NCBI GenBank assembly: GCA_036270915.1
Contig: DATBBQ010000077.1
Span: 30,881-94,880 of the forward strand
DNA: 64,000 nt
From: Steroidobacteraceae bacterium
GTDB taxonomy: Bacteria > Pseudomonadota > Gammaproteobacteria > Steroidobacterales > Steroidobacteraceae
Reading direction: 5' to 3'
Under the pieces are notes generated by a model. That model worked only from the letters and a program-made list of their open reading frames with translations. It searched no databases and was not told the DNA's origin. The position numbers and the translations under genes were made by a program. Positions 50,538 to 59,109 of this stretch are shown one piece after another. Within the stretch, counting starts at the first letter, position 1, and each line of letters begins with the position of its first letter.

Positions 50538-52844
50538 CTAGGCCGCCAGCTGCAGCGGCTGCGGCCGGCCGATCGCGTAGCCCTGCAGGTAGTCCACGCC
50601 CATCCTGCGCGCAGTCTCCACCGCGGCGCTGTCCTCCACCTGCTCGGCGATCACCTTGAAGTTCAGCGTCCGGGCGAGCTTGATCATCGCCGTCACCATG
50701 GCCTGGTTGACGGTGTCGCGGCTCAGGTTGCGCATGAACGACCCGTCGATCTTCAGGTAGTCGAGCGGCAGATTCTTGAGGTTGGAGAAGGAACCGACGC
50801 CGGAGCCGAAGTCGTCGAGCGCGAACTGGCAGCCCATGCCGTGCAGCACCCCGACGAAGCGTCGGGCGTGGTCGAGGTTGGCGATCACGGCGCTCTCGGT
50901 GATCTCGAAGCACACCTGCGTCGGGGCCGCCCCGGTCGAGTCGAAGCACTCCACGACGAACTCGAGGAACTGCAGGTCGCCGAGCGTCTGACCTGAGATG
51001 TTGATGGCGACGCTGCGGCCGCTCGGCAAGGAGAGTGCACCGCGCCCGAGCGCCGCGAGCGTCGTCTGCACGACCCAGCGATCGACCAGTCCCATGAGCC
51101 GGTAGCGCTCCGCGGCGCGCATGAAATCCGCCGGCACCAGCTCCCGTCCGCCCTCATCCTGCAGGCGCACCAGCACCTCCATGGCCGGCCCGGTCTCCTC
51201 GCCGTGCGCGGGCACGATCACCTGTTGATAGAGGTGGAAGCGGTTCTCCTTGAGCGCGCTCTGCAGGCGCTGCAGCCACTGGATCTCGCCCGTGTGGCGC
51301 GCGTGCGCCTCATCGCGCGCCGAATACACGGCGACCCGGCCCGAGCCCTGCTTCTTGGCGACGTAACAGGCCGTGTCGGCGGCCGCGAGCAGCTCCTCGA
51401 GCGTGCCGCTCTCGCGCGAGATCTCTACCAGTCCCACCGACACGCCGATGTTGAAAATCTTGTCCTTCCAGACGAAGCGGTAGTCGCCGACGGAGCGCGT
51501 CAGGTCATCGGCAATCTGGCGCGCCTTGTCGAGCGGGCAGCCTATGAGGAGCAGGCCGAACTCATCGCCCCCCAGGCGACCCACGGTATCGCTGTCGCGC
51601 ACCGCATCGCGCAGCAGCTTCGCGACCTCGCGCAGCATGCTGTCGCCAGCCAGGTGCCCGCTGGTGTCGTTGACCAGCTTGAAGTGGTCGAGGTCGAGAT
51701 AACACAGCACGTGCTGACCGTCGCCGCGCTGGCCGCTCTCGATCGCCTCCTCCAGGCGCCGTTCGAATTCGCGCCGGTTGACCAGCCCGGTGAGCGCATC
51801 GTGGGTCGCCTGATAGGACATCTGCCGCGTGAGGCCGCGCTGCTCGGTGACGTCGTGCAGCATCACCACCGCGCCCACGAGCTCCTGGAGATCGTTGCGG
51901 ATCGGCGAGGCGGACAGCTCGATCGAGCGCTCGCTGCCGCTGCCGCGCGACATGAGCAGCGCCCGGCGGCTCAGGCTCACGGTGGCGCTGCCGGCGAGGG
52001 CCTGACGCACGGGGTCGGCGAGGTGGCGCCGGTCGCTCTCCTCGACCAGGGTGATGATCTCCTCCAGGGAGCGGCCGATGCCCGCGACTGCCGAAGCGCC
52101 GGTCAGCTGCTCGGCGGCCGGATTCATGAAGGTGACGTGACCTTCCTTGTCGGTGGCGATGATCGCCTCGGCGAGCGAGCGCAGCGCGAGCTGTTGCGCC
52201 TCGGCGCTGCCGTCGCCGGTTGGCAGGCGCAGCGCCGGAGTGGTCTGCGTGGGAATGATTTCAACACCGGTGATGAGCAGCGCGTTGCCCTGGTCGTACT
52301 CAACCAGCGTCGAGGCGACTTCCAGGCGGCTCACCTGCCCCTGCAGGCCGACCATGTCGATCTCGTAACGCTCGGCGGCCGCATCGCCGGCGAGGCGCCG
52401 CCGGATGTTCTCACTCACGAGCTCCGCATATTCCGGCGGCACGAGGTCGGCGAGCCGCCGGCCGATGAGCTCGACACGATCCACGCCGACGAAGCTGGCG
52501 AATTGCCGGTTGGCGTACAGGATGACGTCGCGATGCACGAGCACCGCCTCATGGATGCGCTCGCCGAGGTCGGCGAAGAGCTTCGGCGCTTCGAGCGCCT
52601 CACGCTCGCTGCCGGGGCCGGCACGCGTAAGCAGATGATTGACCGCCGTGACCAGAGCCGCGATCTCGGGCTTGTCGTTGGCAACCTCGACACGGCCTCC
52701 CAGGCGCCCGCCAATGGCGATACGCTGCAGCTGCTGGGAGAGTTCCCCGACGCTCTGCATGTCGCGGCGCTGCAACGCATAGAGCACGAGAACCAGGGCG
52801 GCAATGAGGGCGAACAGGAGGCATAACAGCCCAATGATCGACAT
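50538..52844 (-). CDS. membrane-anchored PAS-PAS-GGDEF-EAL signalling protein
   Basis: N-terminal TM helix, two PAS-like segments, the GGDEF motif in RLGGDEFGLLL, and EAL-domain blocks (EVLVRL, FEITESAV, QFALDDFGSG). Confidence 0.92.
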   Translation of the reverse strand: MSIIGLLCLLFALIAALVLVLYALQRRDMQSVGELSQQLQRIAIGGRLGGRVEVANDKPEIAALVTAVNHLLTRAGPGSEREALEAPKLFADLGERIHEAVLVHRDVILYANRQFASFVGVDRVELIGRRLADLVPPEYAELVSENIRRRLAGDAAAERYEIDMVGLQGQVSRLEVASTLVEYDQGNALLITGVEIIPTQTTPALRLPTGDGSAEAQQLALRSLAEAIIATDKEGHVTFMNPAAEQLTGASAVAGIGRSLEEIITLVEESDRRHLADPVRQALAGSATVSLSRRALLMSRGSGSERSIELSASPIRNDLQELVGAVVMLHDVTEQRGLTRQMSYQATHDALTGLVNRREFERRLEEAIESGQRGDGQHVLCYLDLDHFKLVNDTSGHLAGDSMLREVAKLLRDAVRDSDTVGRLGGDEFGLLLIGCPLDKARQIADDLTRSVGDYRFVWKDKIFNIGVSVGLVEISRESGTLEELLAAADTACYVAKKQGSGRVAVYSARDEAHARHTGEIQWLQRLQSALKENRFHLYQQVIVPAHGEETGPAMEVLVRLQDEGGRELVPADFMRAAERYRLMGLVDRWVVQTTLAALGRGALSLPSGRSVAINISGQTLGDLQFLEFVVECFDSTGAAPTQVCFEITESAVIANLDHARRFVGVLHGMGCQFALDDFGSGVGSFSNLKNLPLDYLKIDGSFMRNLSRDTVNQAMVTAMIKLARTLNFKVIAEQVEDSAAVETARRMGVDYLQGYAIGRPQPLQLAA

Positions 52845-53076
52845 CTACGTTCTTCTTAGGCCTTGCGCATAGATCCCCGGCGCGTCCGCAGGCACTCTCA
52901 TTGGACTTGTCGTGCCGGCGGAAATACTGACAGCGGAAGCATAACGCAGGCAGGGCCTCGCCCCGTCGGTATTTCACCATATCTCGTCGCAGGAGCGCTT
53001 GGCACGGCGGCGAAAAAACCGTAACTTCTCCCGCCTTTTCGGGACTCGGTAATAAGTCCAATCGGAGCGCTAAGGG

Positions 53077-53727
53077 ATGCTGACACAGGACCCCCGGGTA
53101 CAGATGATCGAGCAGCAGGTGCGCGCCTGGGACGTACTGGACGGGCGCGTCCTGGACGTCATGTCACGGGTGCCGCGTGAGGCGTTCGTGCCGCCCGAGC
53201 AGCGCTTCCTCGCCTACGCCGACGTCGAGGTGCCCCTGTCACACGGCCAGCACATGCTGCGACCGAGCGTGACCGGCCGGTTGCTGCAGGCCGTGCTGCC
53301 GATGCCCCAGGAATCGGTGCTGGAGGTTGGCACCGGTACGGGCTTCGTGAGCGCCTGCCTGCGTGCGCTCGGCGGAGCGGTGACCTCCCTCGAGCTCTAC
53401 CCGGAGCTTGCCGAAGCCGCGCGCGAGAACCTCGCGGCCCTCGGTGTGCGCGGCGTGGAGGTGATCGACGCGGATGCGCTGCGCATCGATGGCTCGCGCC
53501 GCTACGACGTCATCGCGTTGACGGCCTCGCTCCCCGCCTACGACGCGCGCTTCGAGCGAGCGCTCAACGTCGGCGGACGGCTGTTCGTCGTCGTCGGGGA
53601 GTCGCCGGTCATGGAGGCACGCCTGGTGCGACGCACGGCAGAGGACGCCTGGAGCTCCCAGAGCCTGTTCGAGACCGTTATCGACGCGCTCGTGAACGCG
53701 CAGCGGCCGACGGAATTTACGTTTTGA
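53077..53727 (+). CDS. protein-L-isoaspartate O-methyltransferase family protein
   Basis: VLEVGTGTGFVSACL SAM-binding motif; 216 aa; lies immediately upstream of tolC. Confidence 0.8.
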   Translation: MLTQDPRVQMIEQQVRAWDVLDGRVLDVMSRVPREAFVPPEQRFLAYADVEVPLSHGQHMLRPSVTGRLLQAVLPMPQESVLEVGTGTGFVSACLRALGGAVTSLELYPELAEAARENLAALGVRGVEVIDADALRIDGSRRYDVIALTASLPAYDARFERALNVGGRLFVVVGESPVMEARLVRRTAEDAWSSQSLFETVIDALVNAQRPTEFTF

Positions 53728-53765
53728 GTGCCGGTGGTGTCTAATCGCTATTTGAAGGGACTTTC

Positions 53766-55367
53766 ATGATTCGAGCCACCACGCTGGCCCTGGGGTTACT
53801 CGTATTCAGCGGGAGCCTCGCCGCCAAGGATCTGGTCGGGGTCTTTCAGGACGCGTTGCAGAACGACCCGACGATCAGGCAGGCGAACGCCAATCGCCTG
53901 GCGACGCGCGAGGCGAGCCCGCAGGCCTGGGCGCAGGTGCTGCCGCAGATCAACGGCACCGCCGGGGCCACCTGGGATCACAACAGCGGCTTCCAGGACC
54001 AGCCCGTCCTGAGTCCGGGCAGCCCCCCTCAGGTGGTGCCGCTCAACGAGACGATCGACCAGAGCACCAAGACCTGGGCGCTGAACCTGCGGCAGAACGT
54101 GTTCTCCTGGACCAACTGGATGAACATCAAGGCCGCTCACAAGGAAGTGGCACAGGCGGAGGCGACCTACCAGGCCGCCGAGCAGGACCTGATCCTGCGC
54201 GTCGCCACCGCCTACTTCGTCGTGCTCGCGGCCGATGACACGCTGCTCGCCAACCAGGCCGCGCTCGAGGCCATCCAGCGCCAGCTCGATCAGGCCGACA
54301 AGCGCTTCGAGGTAGGCCTCATCGCCATCACCGACGTGCAGGAGGCGAAGTCCGGACGCGACACGGCCGCCGCAGCCGTGATCGCCGCCAAGCGCGCCCT
54401 CGCGACCGCCATCTACCGCCTGGAGGAGATCACCGGCCAGAAGTACGACCAGCTCTCCAAGCCCGACCCGCAGATGCCGCTCGCGGGTCCCGATCCGCAG
54501 GACGAGGCTCGCTGGGTCGACATCTCGCTGGACCAGAATCCGACGCTGCTCGCGAGCCGGCTCGGAGCGGACGTCGCCCGTGAGAACGTCCGCGCCGCCT
54601 TCGGCGGGCATCTGCCGACCCTCGACCTGGTCGCCGGGCGCTCCTATGACCATATCCAGTCGGATCAGGTCCTGGAGGGCTCGCCCTTCGGCGGGGTGAA
54701 CAGCAAGATCAACGACCGGCAGATCGGCCTGCAGTTCACGCTGCCGATCTTCAGCGGCGGGTTCACGCAGTCGAAGGTACGCGAGAGCGAGTACCGCTGG
54801 CAGGCCGCCAAGGAGGCCGTGGTCGCGAGCTCGCGCGCCACCGAGCGCGCCGCGCGCGACGGCTACCTCGGCGTGATCGCGGGCATCGCCCGCGTGCAGG
54901 CGCTGCGGCAGGCGCAGGCCTCGGCGGAGACGGCGCTCAAGGCGACCGAGGCCGGCTACGAGGTCGGCACGCGCACGGCGGTCGACGTGCTCAACGCGCG
55001 ACGCACGCTGGTGCAGTCGCAGAGCGACTACGCCGCGAGCCGCTACGACTACATCGTGAGCGTGCTGCAGCTGCGCGACGCGGCCGGTAACCTCGACCGC
55101 GCCCAGCTGGTCGAGATCAACAAGTGGCTCACCGTGCAGTCGCGCAAGGCGCCCGAGGCGATCACGCCGGAGACGGTCGCGCCGACGATGCCGAAGAACC
55201 TGCCGACCCCGCCGCCGGGGACGCCGCCGGGGAGCCCGTTTGATCCCTCCGGGACGCCGAACGTGCCCCCGGGCACTCCCCCGGCGACGCCGCCCCAGGC
55301 GGCGCCCCAGGGCGCACCGCCCCAGACAACGCCCCCGGGCACGAAGCCGGGAAACGGCCGGCGCTAG
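53766..55367 (+). CDS. tolC: TolC-family outer-membrane channel with a roughly 75-aa Pro-rich C-terminal tail
   Basis: Signal peptide MIRATTLALGLLVFSGSLAA. Duplicated OEP repeats (..DPTIRQA.. ...LEAIQRQLDQADKRFEVGL...). Confidence 0.9.
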   Translation: MIRATTLALGLLVFSGSLAAKDLVGVFQDALQNDPTIRQANANRLATREASPQAWAQVLPQINGTAGATWDHNSGFQDQPVLSPGSPPQVVPLNETIDQSTKTWALNLRQNVFSWTNWMNIKAAHKEVAQAEATYQAAEQDLILRVATAYFVVLAADDTLLANQAALEAIQRQLDQADKRFEVGLIAITDVQEAKSGRDTAAAAVIAAKRALATAIYRLEEITGQKYDQLSKPDPQMPLAGPDPQDEARWVDISLDQNPTLLASRLGADVARENVRAAFGGHLPTLDLVAGRSYDHIQSDQVLEGSPFGGVNSKINDRQIGLQFTLPIFSGGFTQSKVRESEYRWQAAKEAVVASSRATERAARDGYLGVIAGIARVQALRQAQASAETALKATEAGYEVGTRTAVDVLNARRTLVQSQSDYAASRYDYIVSVLQLRDAAGNLDRAQLVEINKWLTVQSRKAPEAITPETVAPTMPKNLPTPPPGTPPGSPFDPSGTPNVPPGTPPATPPQAAPQGAPPQTTPPGTKPGNGRR

Positions 55368-56638
55368 GAGCCGGGGGCCGCGAGCAGCGGTTCGATCAGC
55401 GCGAGCAGCTTGCCGAGCGCGCCGCGGTTGCCGTCGACGCACTCGCGCCCACGCGCGCCGATGCGCGCGCGCTGCTGCGGATCACCGAGCAGGCTCGTGA
55501 GCCGCGCGGCGAGCTCCTCGCCGTTTTGTACCACCTCGGCTGCGCCCTGCGCGAGCAGCAGCCGCGCGATCTCCGCGCCGTTGAAGTTGTGCGGACCGGT
55601 GAGGATCGGCACCCCGAGGGCCGCGGGCTCGAGCAGGTTGTGCCCGCCCACCGGGACGAGACTGCCGCCGACGAAGGCGACGTCGGCCGCGGCGTAGAAG
55701 TCGAGGAGCTCGCCGAGCGAGTCGAGCAGCAGCACGGGGGTCTGCGACGTCACGCTCTCACTCTGCGAGCGGCGCGCGAACGCGACTCCTGAGCGCGCGA
55801 GCTCCTCGGCGGCTTCCGCGAAGCGCTGCGGGTGGCGCGGCGCCATGACGAGCAGCGCGCCCGGATGCACGACGCGCACCGCGGCATGCGCGGCGATCAC
55901 CGCCGCTTCCTCGCCGCCGCCATGGGTGCTGCCGGCGACCCACAGCGGCCGCCCCGGCGCGTAGTGCGCGCGCAGCCGCTCGCCGCGCTCGGTGATGTCG
56001 GGCGGCAGCTCAAAGTCGAACTTGAGGTTGCCGGTCACGTGGGTCGCACCGGGATCGGCGCCGAGGCTGCGGAAGCGCTCGGCGTCCTGCTCGCCCTGCG
56101 CGGCGACGACCGTGGCTTCGGCGAGCGTTTCGCTGAAGAGTCGGCCGAGGCGCCGGTAGCGGCTCACCGAGCGGGCCGAGATGCGCGCGCTCGCGAGCAC
56201 CAGCGGCACGCGCCGCCGGCCGCATTCGCGATAGAGGTTCGGCCACAGCTCGGTCTCAAAGATGACCGCGAGAGAGGGGGAGACGCGCGCGAAGAAGCGC
56301 CGCACCGCACCGGGGAGGTCGTAGGGCGCGTAGCGCACGTGGGCGAGGTTGCCGAACAGCGCCCGCGCCCGCGCCGCGCCCGTCGGCGTGACGGTCGTGA
56401 CGGTAAGCGGAAGGGCGGGATGGCGGCGGTAGAGCGCACTCACGAGCGGTGCGCACGCCTGCACCTCGCCGACCGAGACCGCGTGCAGCCACACGCCGTG
56501 GGGCGTCTGCCGGGGCCCGAAGCCGAAGCGCTCGCCGAAGTTGTGCCAGTAGCTGCGGTCGAAGAGCCCGCGCCAGAGAAAGACCAGGGAAATGAGCGGC
56601 GCTGCGAGGTAGGCGGCGAGAAGATACAGGAGTCGCAA
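55364..56638 (-). CDS. waaA: 3-deoxy-D-manno-octulosonic acid (Kdo) transferase
   Basis: ..VWLHAVSVGEVQA... GT30 motifs. TTG 56638 gives 424 aa. The longer ORF would overlap kdkA. Confidence 0.88.
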   Translation of the reverse strand: MRLLYLLAAYLAAPLISLVFLWRGLFDRSYWHNFGERFGFGPRQTPHGVWLHAVSVGEVQACAPLVSALYRRHPALPLTVTTVTPTGAARARALFGNLAHVRYAPYDLPGAVRRFFARVSPSLAVIFETELWPNLYRECGRRRVPLVLASARISARSVSRYRRLGRLFSETLAEATVVAAQGEQDAERFRSLGADPGATHVTGNLKFDFELPPDITERGERLRAHYAPGRPLWVAGSTHGGGEEAAVIAAHAAVRVVHPGALLVMAPRHPQRFAEAAEELARSGVAFARRSQSESVTSQTPVLLLDSLGELLDFYAAADVAFVGGSLVPVGGHNLLEPAALGVPILTGPHNFNGAEIARLLLAQGAAEVVQNGEELAARLTSLLGDPQQRARIGARGRECVDGNRGALGKLLALIEPLLAAPGS

Positions 56639-56649
56639 GCGCCGCCCTT

Positions 56650-57348
56650 CTACGCCGGCAGCTCGGTCTTGCCCGAGGACTGGCGGTAGCCGTCGAGCAG
56701 GCCGTGCCAGTCGGACTCGCCGAAACGCTCGGCCGGCAGCCCCCAGGTGATCTTCTCCAGCGAGCGACGCAGGCGCACGAGGTTCCCGTCGCGCCACATG
56801 CCGGGCTTGCGCAGCTGACAGCGGTCGAAGTCGATCAGGTAGACGTTGTCCTCACTCAGGAGCACGTTGTGCGCGTTGAGGTCCGCGTGACAGACACCGA
56901 GGTCGTGAAAGCGGCGGATGCAGCGGCCGATGGAGATCCAGGTGACGATCGAGAGCGCCCCGGTGCGCAGACACTCCGCGAGCGAGCCGACGGTGGCAAG
57001 CCGCTCGGTGATGATGTCCCCCTGGTAGGTCGAGCCCGCGTGCCGGTAGCGCGCGCCGATCGGCGCCGGCACCGGCAACCCGGCGCGGTGCAGGCGGTAG
57101 GTGAGCTGCCACTCGGCGAACGGGCGCGTGCTCTCCTCGTCGCGCCAGGCGTAGCGGTCCGCGGAGACCCTCGCCATGAGGCCGCCGCGGTGATAGTGGC
57201 GCAGCACGTAGCCCTTGCCCGCGCTGCGCACGAAGTGCGCCGTGCCGCGGCCCTGTGCGGCACCGTCGAGTTCGCCGCGCGTCTGCCAGTAGCGCGGCTC
57301 GAACCACTCGTTGCTCAAATTGCCGGCCCGCGAGGTGTCATATAGCAT
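56650..57348 (-). CDS. kdkA: 3-deoxy-D-manno-octulosonic acid kinase
   Basis: ..YVLRHYHRGG...HDLGVCHADLNAHNVLL..VYLIDFDR. Kdo/WaaP kinase motifs. ATG 57348 is chosen; GTG 57378 is an alternative. The 576-aa ORF is an artefactual extension. Confidence 0.85.
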   Translation of the reverse strand: MLYDTSRAGNLSNEWFEPRYWQTRGELDGAAQGRGTAHFVRSAGKGYVLRHYHRGGLMARVSADRYAWRDEESTRPFAEWQLTYRLHRAGLPVPAPIGARYRHAGSTYQGDIITERLATVGSLAECLRTGALSIVTWISIGRCIRRFHDLGVCHADLNAHNVLLSEDNVYLIDFDRCQLRKPGMWRDGNLVRLRRSLEKITWGLPAERFGESDWHGLLDGYRQSSGKTELPA

Positions 57349-57423
57349 GGCGCCGCCGGCGATCGCGACGCGCTTCACCTCCGGACCGAGCGCGAAACGC
57401 CCGCTCACAACACCAACTCCATA

Positions 57424-58467
57424 ATGCTGTCCTTCGCCGAACCACCGCGCAGCCTGTGCATCCTCAGGCTCTCGGCGATCGGCGACACCTGCCACGTCGT
57501 GCCGCTCGTGCGCACCCTGCAGCGGGCGTGGCCGGCCACGCAGTTGACCTGGATCATCGGCAAGACGGAAGCGCGCCTCATGAGTCTCATCGAGGGCGTG
57601 GAGTTTATCACCGTGGACAAGCGCGCACGGCTGGCGGCGGCACGCGCACAGCTGCGCGGCCGGCGCTTTGACGTGCTCCTGCACATGCAGGTCGCGCTGC
57701 GCGCGAGTCTGGTGGCGCGCCTGGTGAGCGCACCCGTGAAGGTCGGCTTCGATCGCGCCCGGGCCCGGGAGCTGCAGTGGCTGTTCACCAACGCGCGCAT
57801 CGCGGCGCGCTCGCGCGAGCACGTGCTCGACAGCTTCTTCGGCTTCACCGAGGCGCTCGGGATCGGCGAGCGCGTGCTGCGCTGGCAGCTGCCGCTGCCC
57901 GAGAGTGCCGAGGCCTACGCGGCCCGCCTGATCCCGGACGAGCAGCCGACGCTGCTCGTGAGTCCCTGCTCGAGCCACCCGCTGCGCAACTGGCAGCCGC
58001 TGCGCTACGCCGCGCTCGCCGCGCACGCCGTGCGCCGCCACGGCATGCGTGTCATTCTCGCCGGCGGCCCGAGCGAGCTCGAGCGCCGCACCGGCCAGGA
58101 GATCGAGCAGCACGCCGGCGTCCCGCTCCTCAATCAGATCGGCAAGGACACCCTCCCGGAGCTGCTGGCCCTGATAGCGCGCGCCCGGGTACTCGTCACG
58201 CCGGACTCGGGGCCCGCCCACATGGCAACCATGGTGGGTACCCCGGTGCTGGGTCTTTACGCGGCCACCAACCCGGCGCGCAGCGGGCCGTACCTGTCGC
58301 GGCGCTGGTGCGTCGACGCCTATCCGCAGGCCGCGCGGGTCTTCCGCGGCGTCGAGGCGCAGCAGCTCCCCTGGGGGCACAAGATCGAGGAGGACGGGGT
58401 CATGGACCTGATCAGCGTCGAAGAGGTAACCGCGAGACTCGACGAGTTGCTAGGATCGCCGCCATGA
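57424..58467 (+). CDS. glycosyltransferase family 9 (LPS heptosyltransferase-like)
   Basis: LCILRLSAIGDTCHVVPLVRTL and ..TPDSGPAHMATMVGTPVLGLY. Confidence 0.88.
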   Translation: MLSFAEPPRSLCILRLSAIGDTCHVVPLVRTLQRAWPATQLTWIIGKTEARLMSLIEGVEFITVDKRARLAAARAQLRGRRFDVLLHMQVALRASLVARLVSAPVKVGFDRARARELQWLFTNARIAARSREHVLDSFFGFTEALGIGERVLRWQLPLPESAEAYAARLIPDEQPTLLVSPCSSHPLRNWQPLRYAALAAHAVRRHGMRVILAGGPSELERRTGQEIEQHAGVPLLNQIGKDTLPELLALIARARVLVTPDSGPAHMATMVGTPVLGLYAATNPARSGPYLSRRWCVDAYPQAARVFRGVEAQQLPWGHKIEEDGVMDLISVEEVTARLDELLGSPP

Positions 58468-58853
58468 AGGACCTGCTGGTGCCGGTGTCCCCGGGCGAGC
58501 TGCTGGACAAGATCACCATCCTGCGCATCAAGGTGGCGCGCATCCAGGAAGCCGCGAAGCTCGCGAACGTCAAGCTGGAACTTGCCCTGCTGCAAGACAC
58601 CTGGCGCGCGAGCGGTGCCGAGAGCGACGTGAGCCAGGACGAGCACGCGCTGCAGGCCGTCAACGAGCGGCTCTGGGACATCGAGGACCGGCTGCGCGAG
58701 AAGGAAGCGCGTCAGACCTTCGATCGCGACTTCATCGAGCTCGCGCGCGCGGTGTACGTCGCCAACGACGAGCGCGCCGCGATCAAGAAGCGCATCAACC
58801 TGCAACTCGGCTCGCGGCTCGTCGAGGAAAAGTCCTACAAGCAGTACCGCTGA
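58464..58853 (+). CDS. small coiled-coil protein, DUF6165-like
   Basis: ATGA overlap with the GT9 stop. MKDLLVPVSPGELLDKITILRIKVARI.. resembles proteins annotated DUF6165 (from memory). Confidence 0.6.
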   Translation: MKDLLVPVSPGELLDKITILRIKVARIQEAAKLANVKLELALLQDTWRASGAESDVSQDEHALQAVNERLWDIEDRLREKEARQTFDRDFIELARAVYVANDERAAIKKRINLQLGSRLVEEKSYKQYR

Positions 58854-58861
58854 GGCAGCGG

Positions 58862-59059
58862 TCAGCGCCGCAGCGTGTACTCGGCGCTGCAGTACGGGCA
58901 CTTGGCCCAGCCACTCTCCTCGATCGGCAGGTACACGCGCGGGTGCGAGTTCCACAGGTACATCTGCGCCATCGGGCAGGAGAGCGGCAGGTCCTCGGTC
59001 CCGATCTCGTACTGGTTCTGAGCGTTGGGCTCTATGAGCGGCTTAGCCGTCGCGACCAT
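58862..59059 (-). CDS. zinc-finger (zf-CHCC, NDUFS6-like) domain protein
   Basis: 65 aa. ..LPLSCP....HPRVYL......CPYCSAEY fits the C-H-C-C pattern. Confidence 0.65.
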   Translation of the reverse strand: MVATAKPLIEPNAQNQYEIGTEDLPLSCPMAQMYLWNSHPRVYLPIEESGWAKCPYCSAEYTLRR

Positions 59060-59109
59060 CTGGAGTGCTCTGCGTGCGCCTAGGTGGCGCGCATTATACC
59101 CGCGCGCCC

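Noticed and set aside
53000-53015. TGGCAC motif upstream of the methyltransferase/tolC genes, considered as a sigma-54 -24 element
   Set aside because: The -12 element is missing. The sequence is TGGCAC-GGCGG-CGAA, with no GC dinucleotide at the required spacing (GG-N10-GC).
52900-53062. 9-bp inverted repeat ATTGGACTT / AAGTCCAAT about 145 nt apart in the divergent GGDEF-EAL / methyltransferase spacer
   Set aside because: A single 9-mer match within a 230-bp region has roughly a one-in-ten chance expectation. The halves are too far apart for one operator and there is no supporting evidence.
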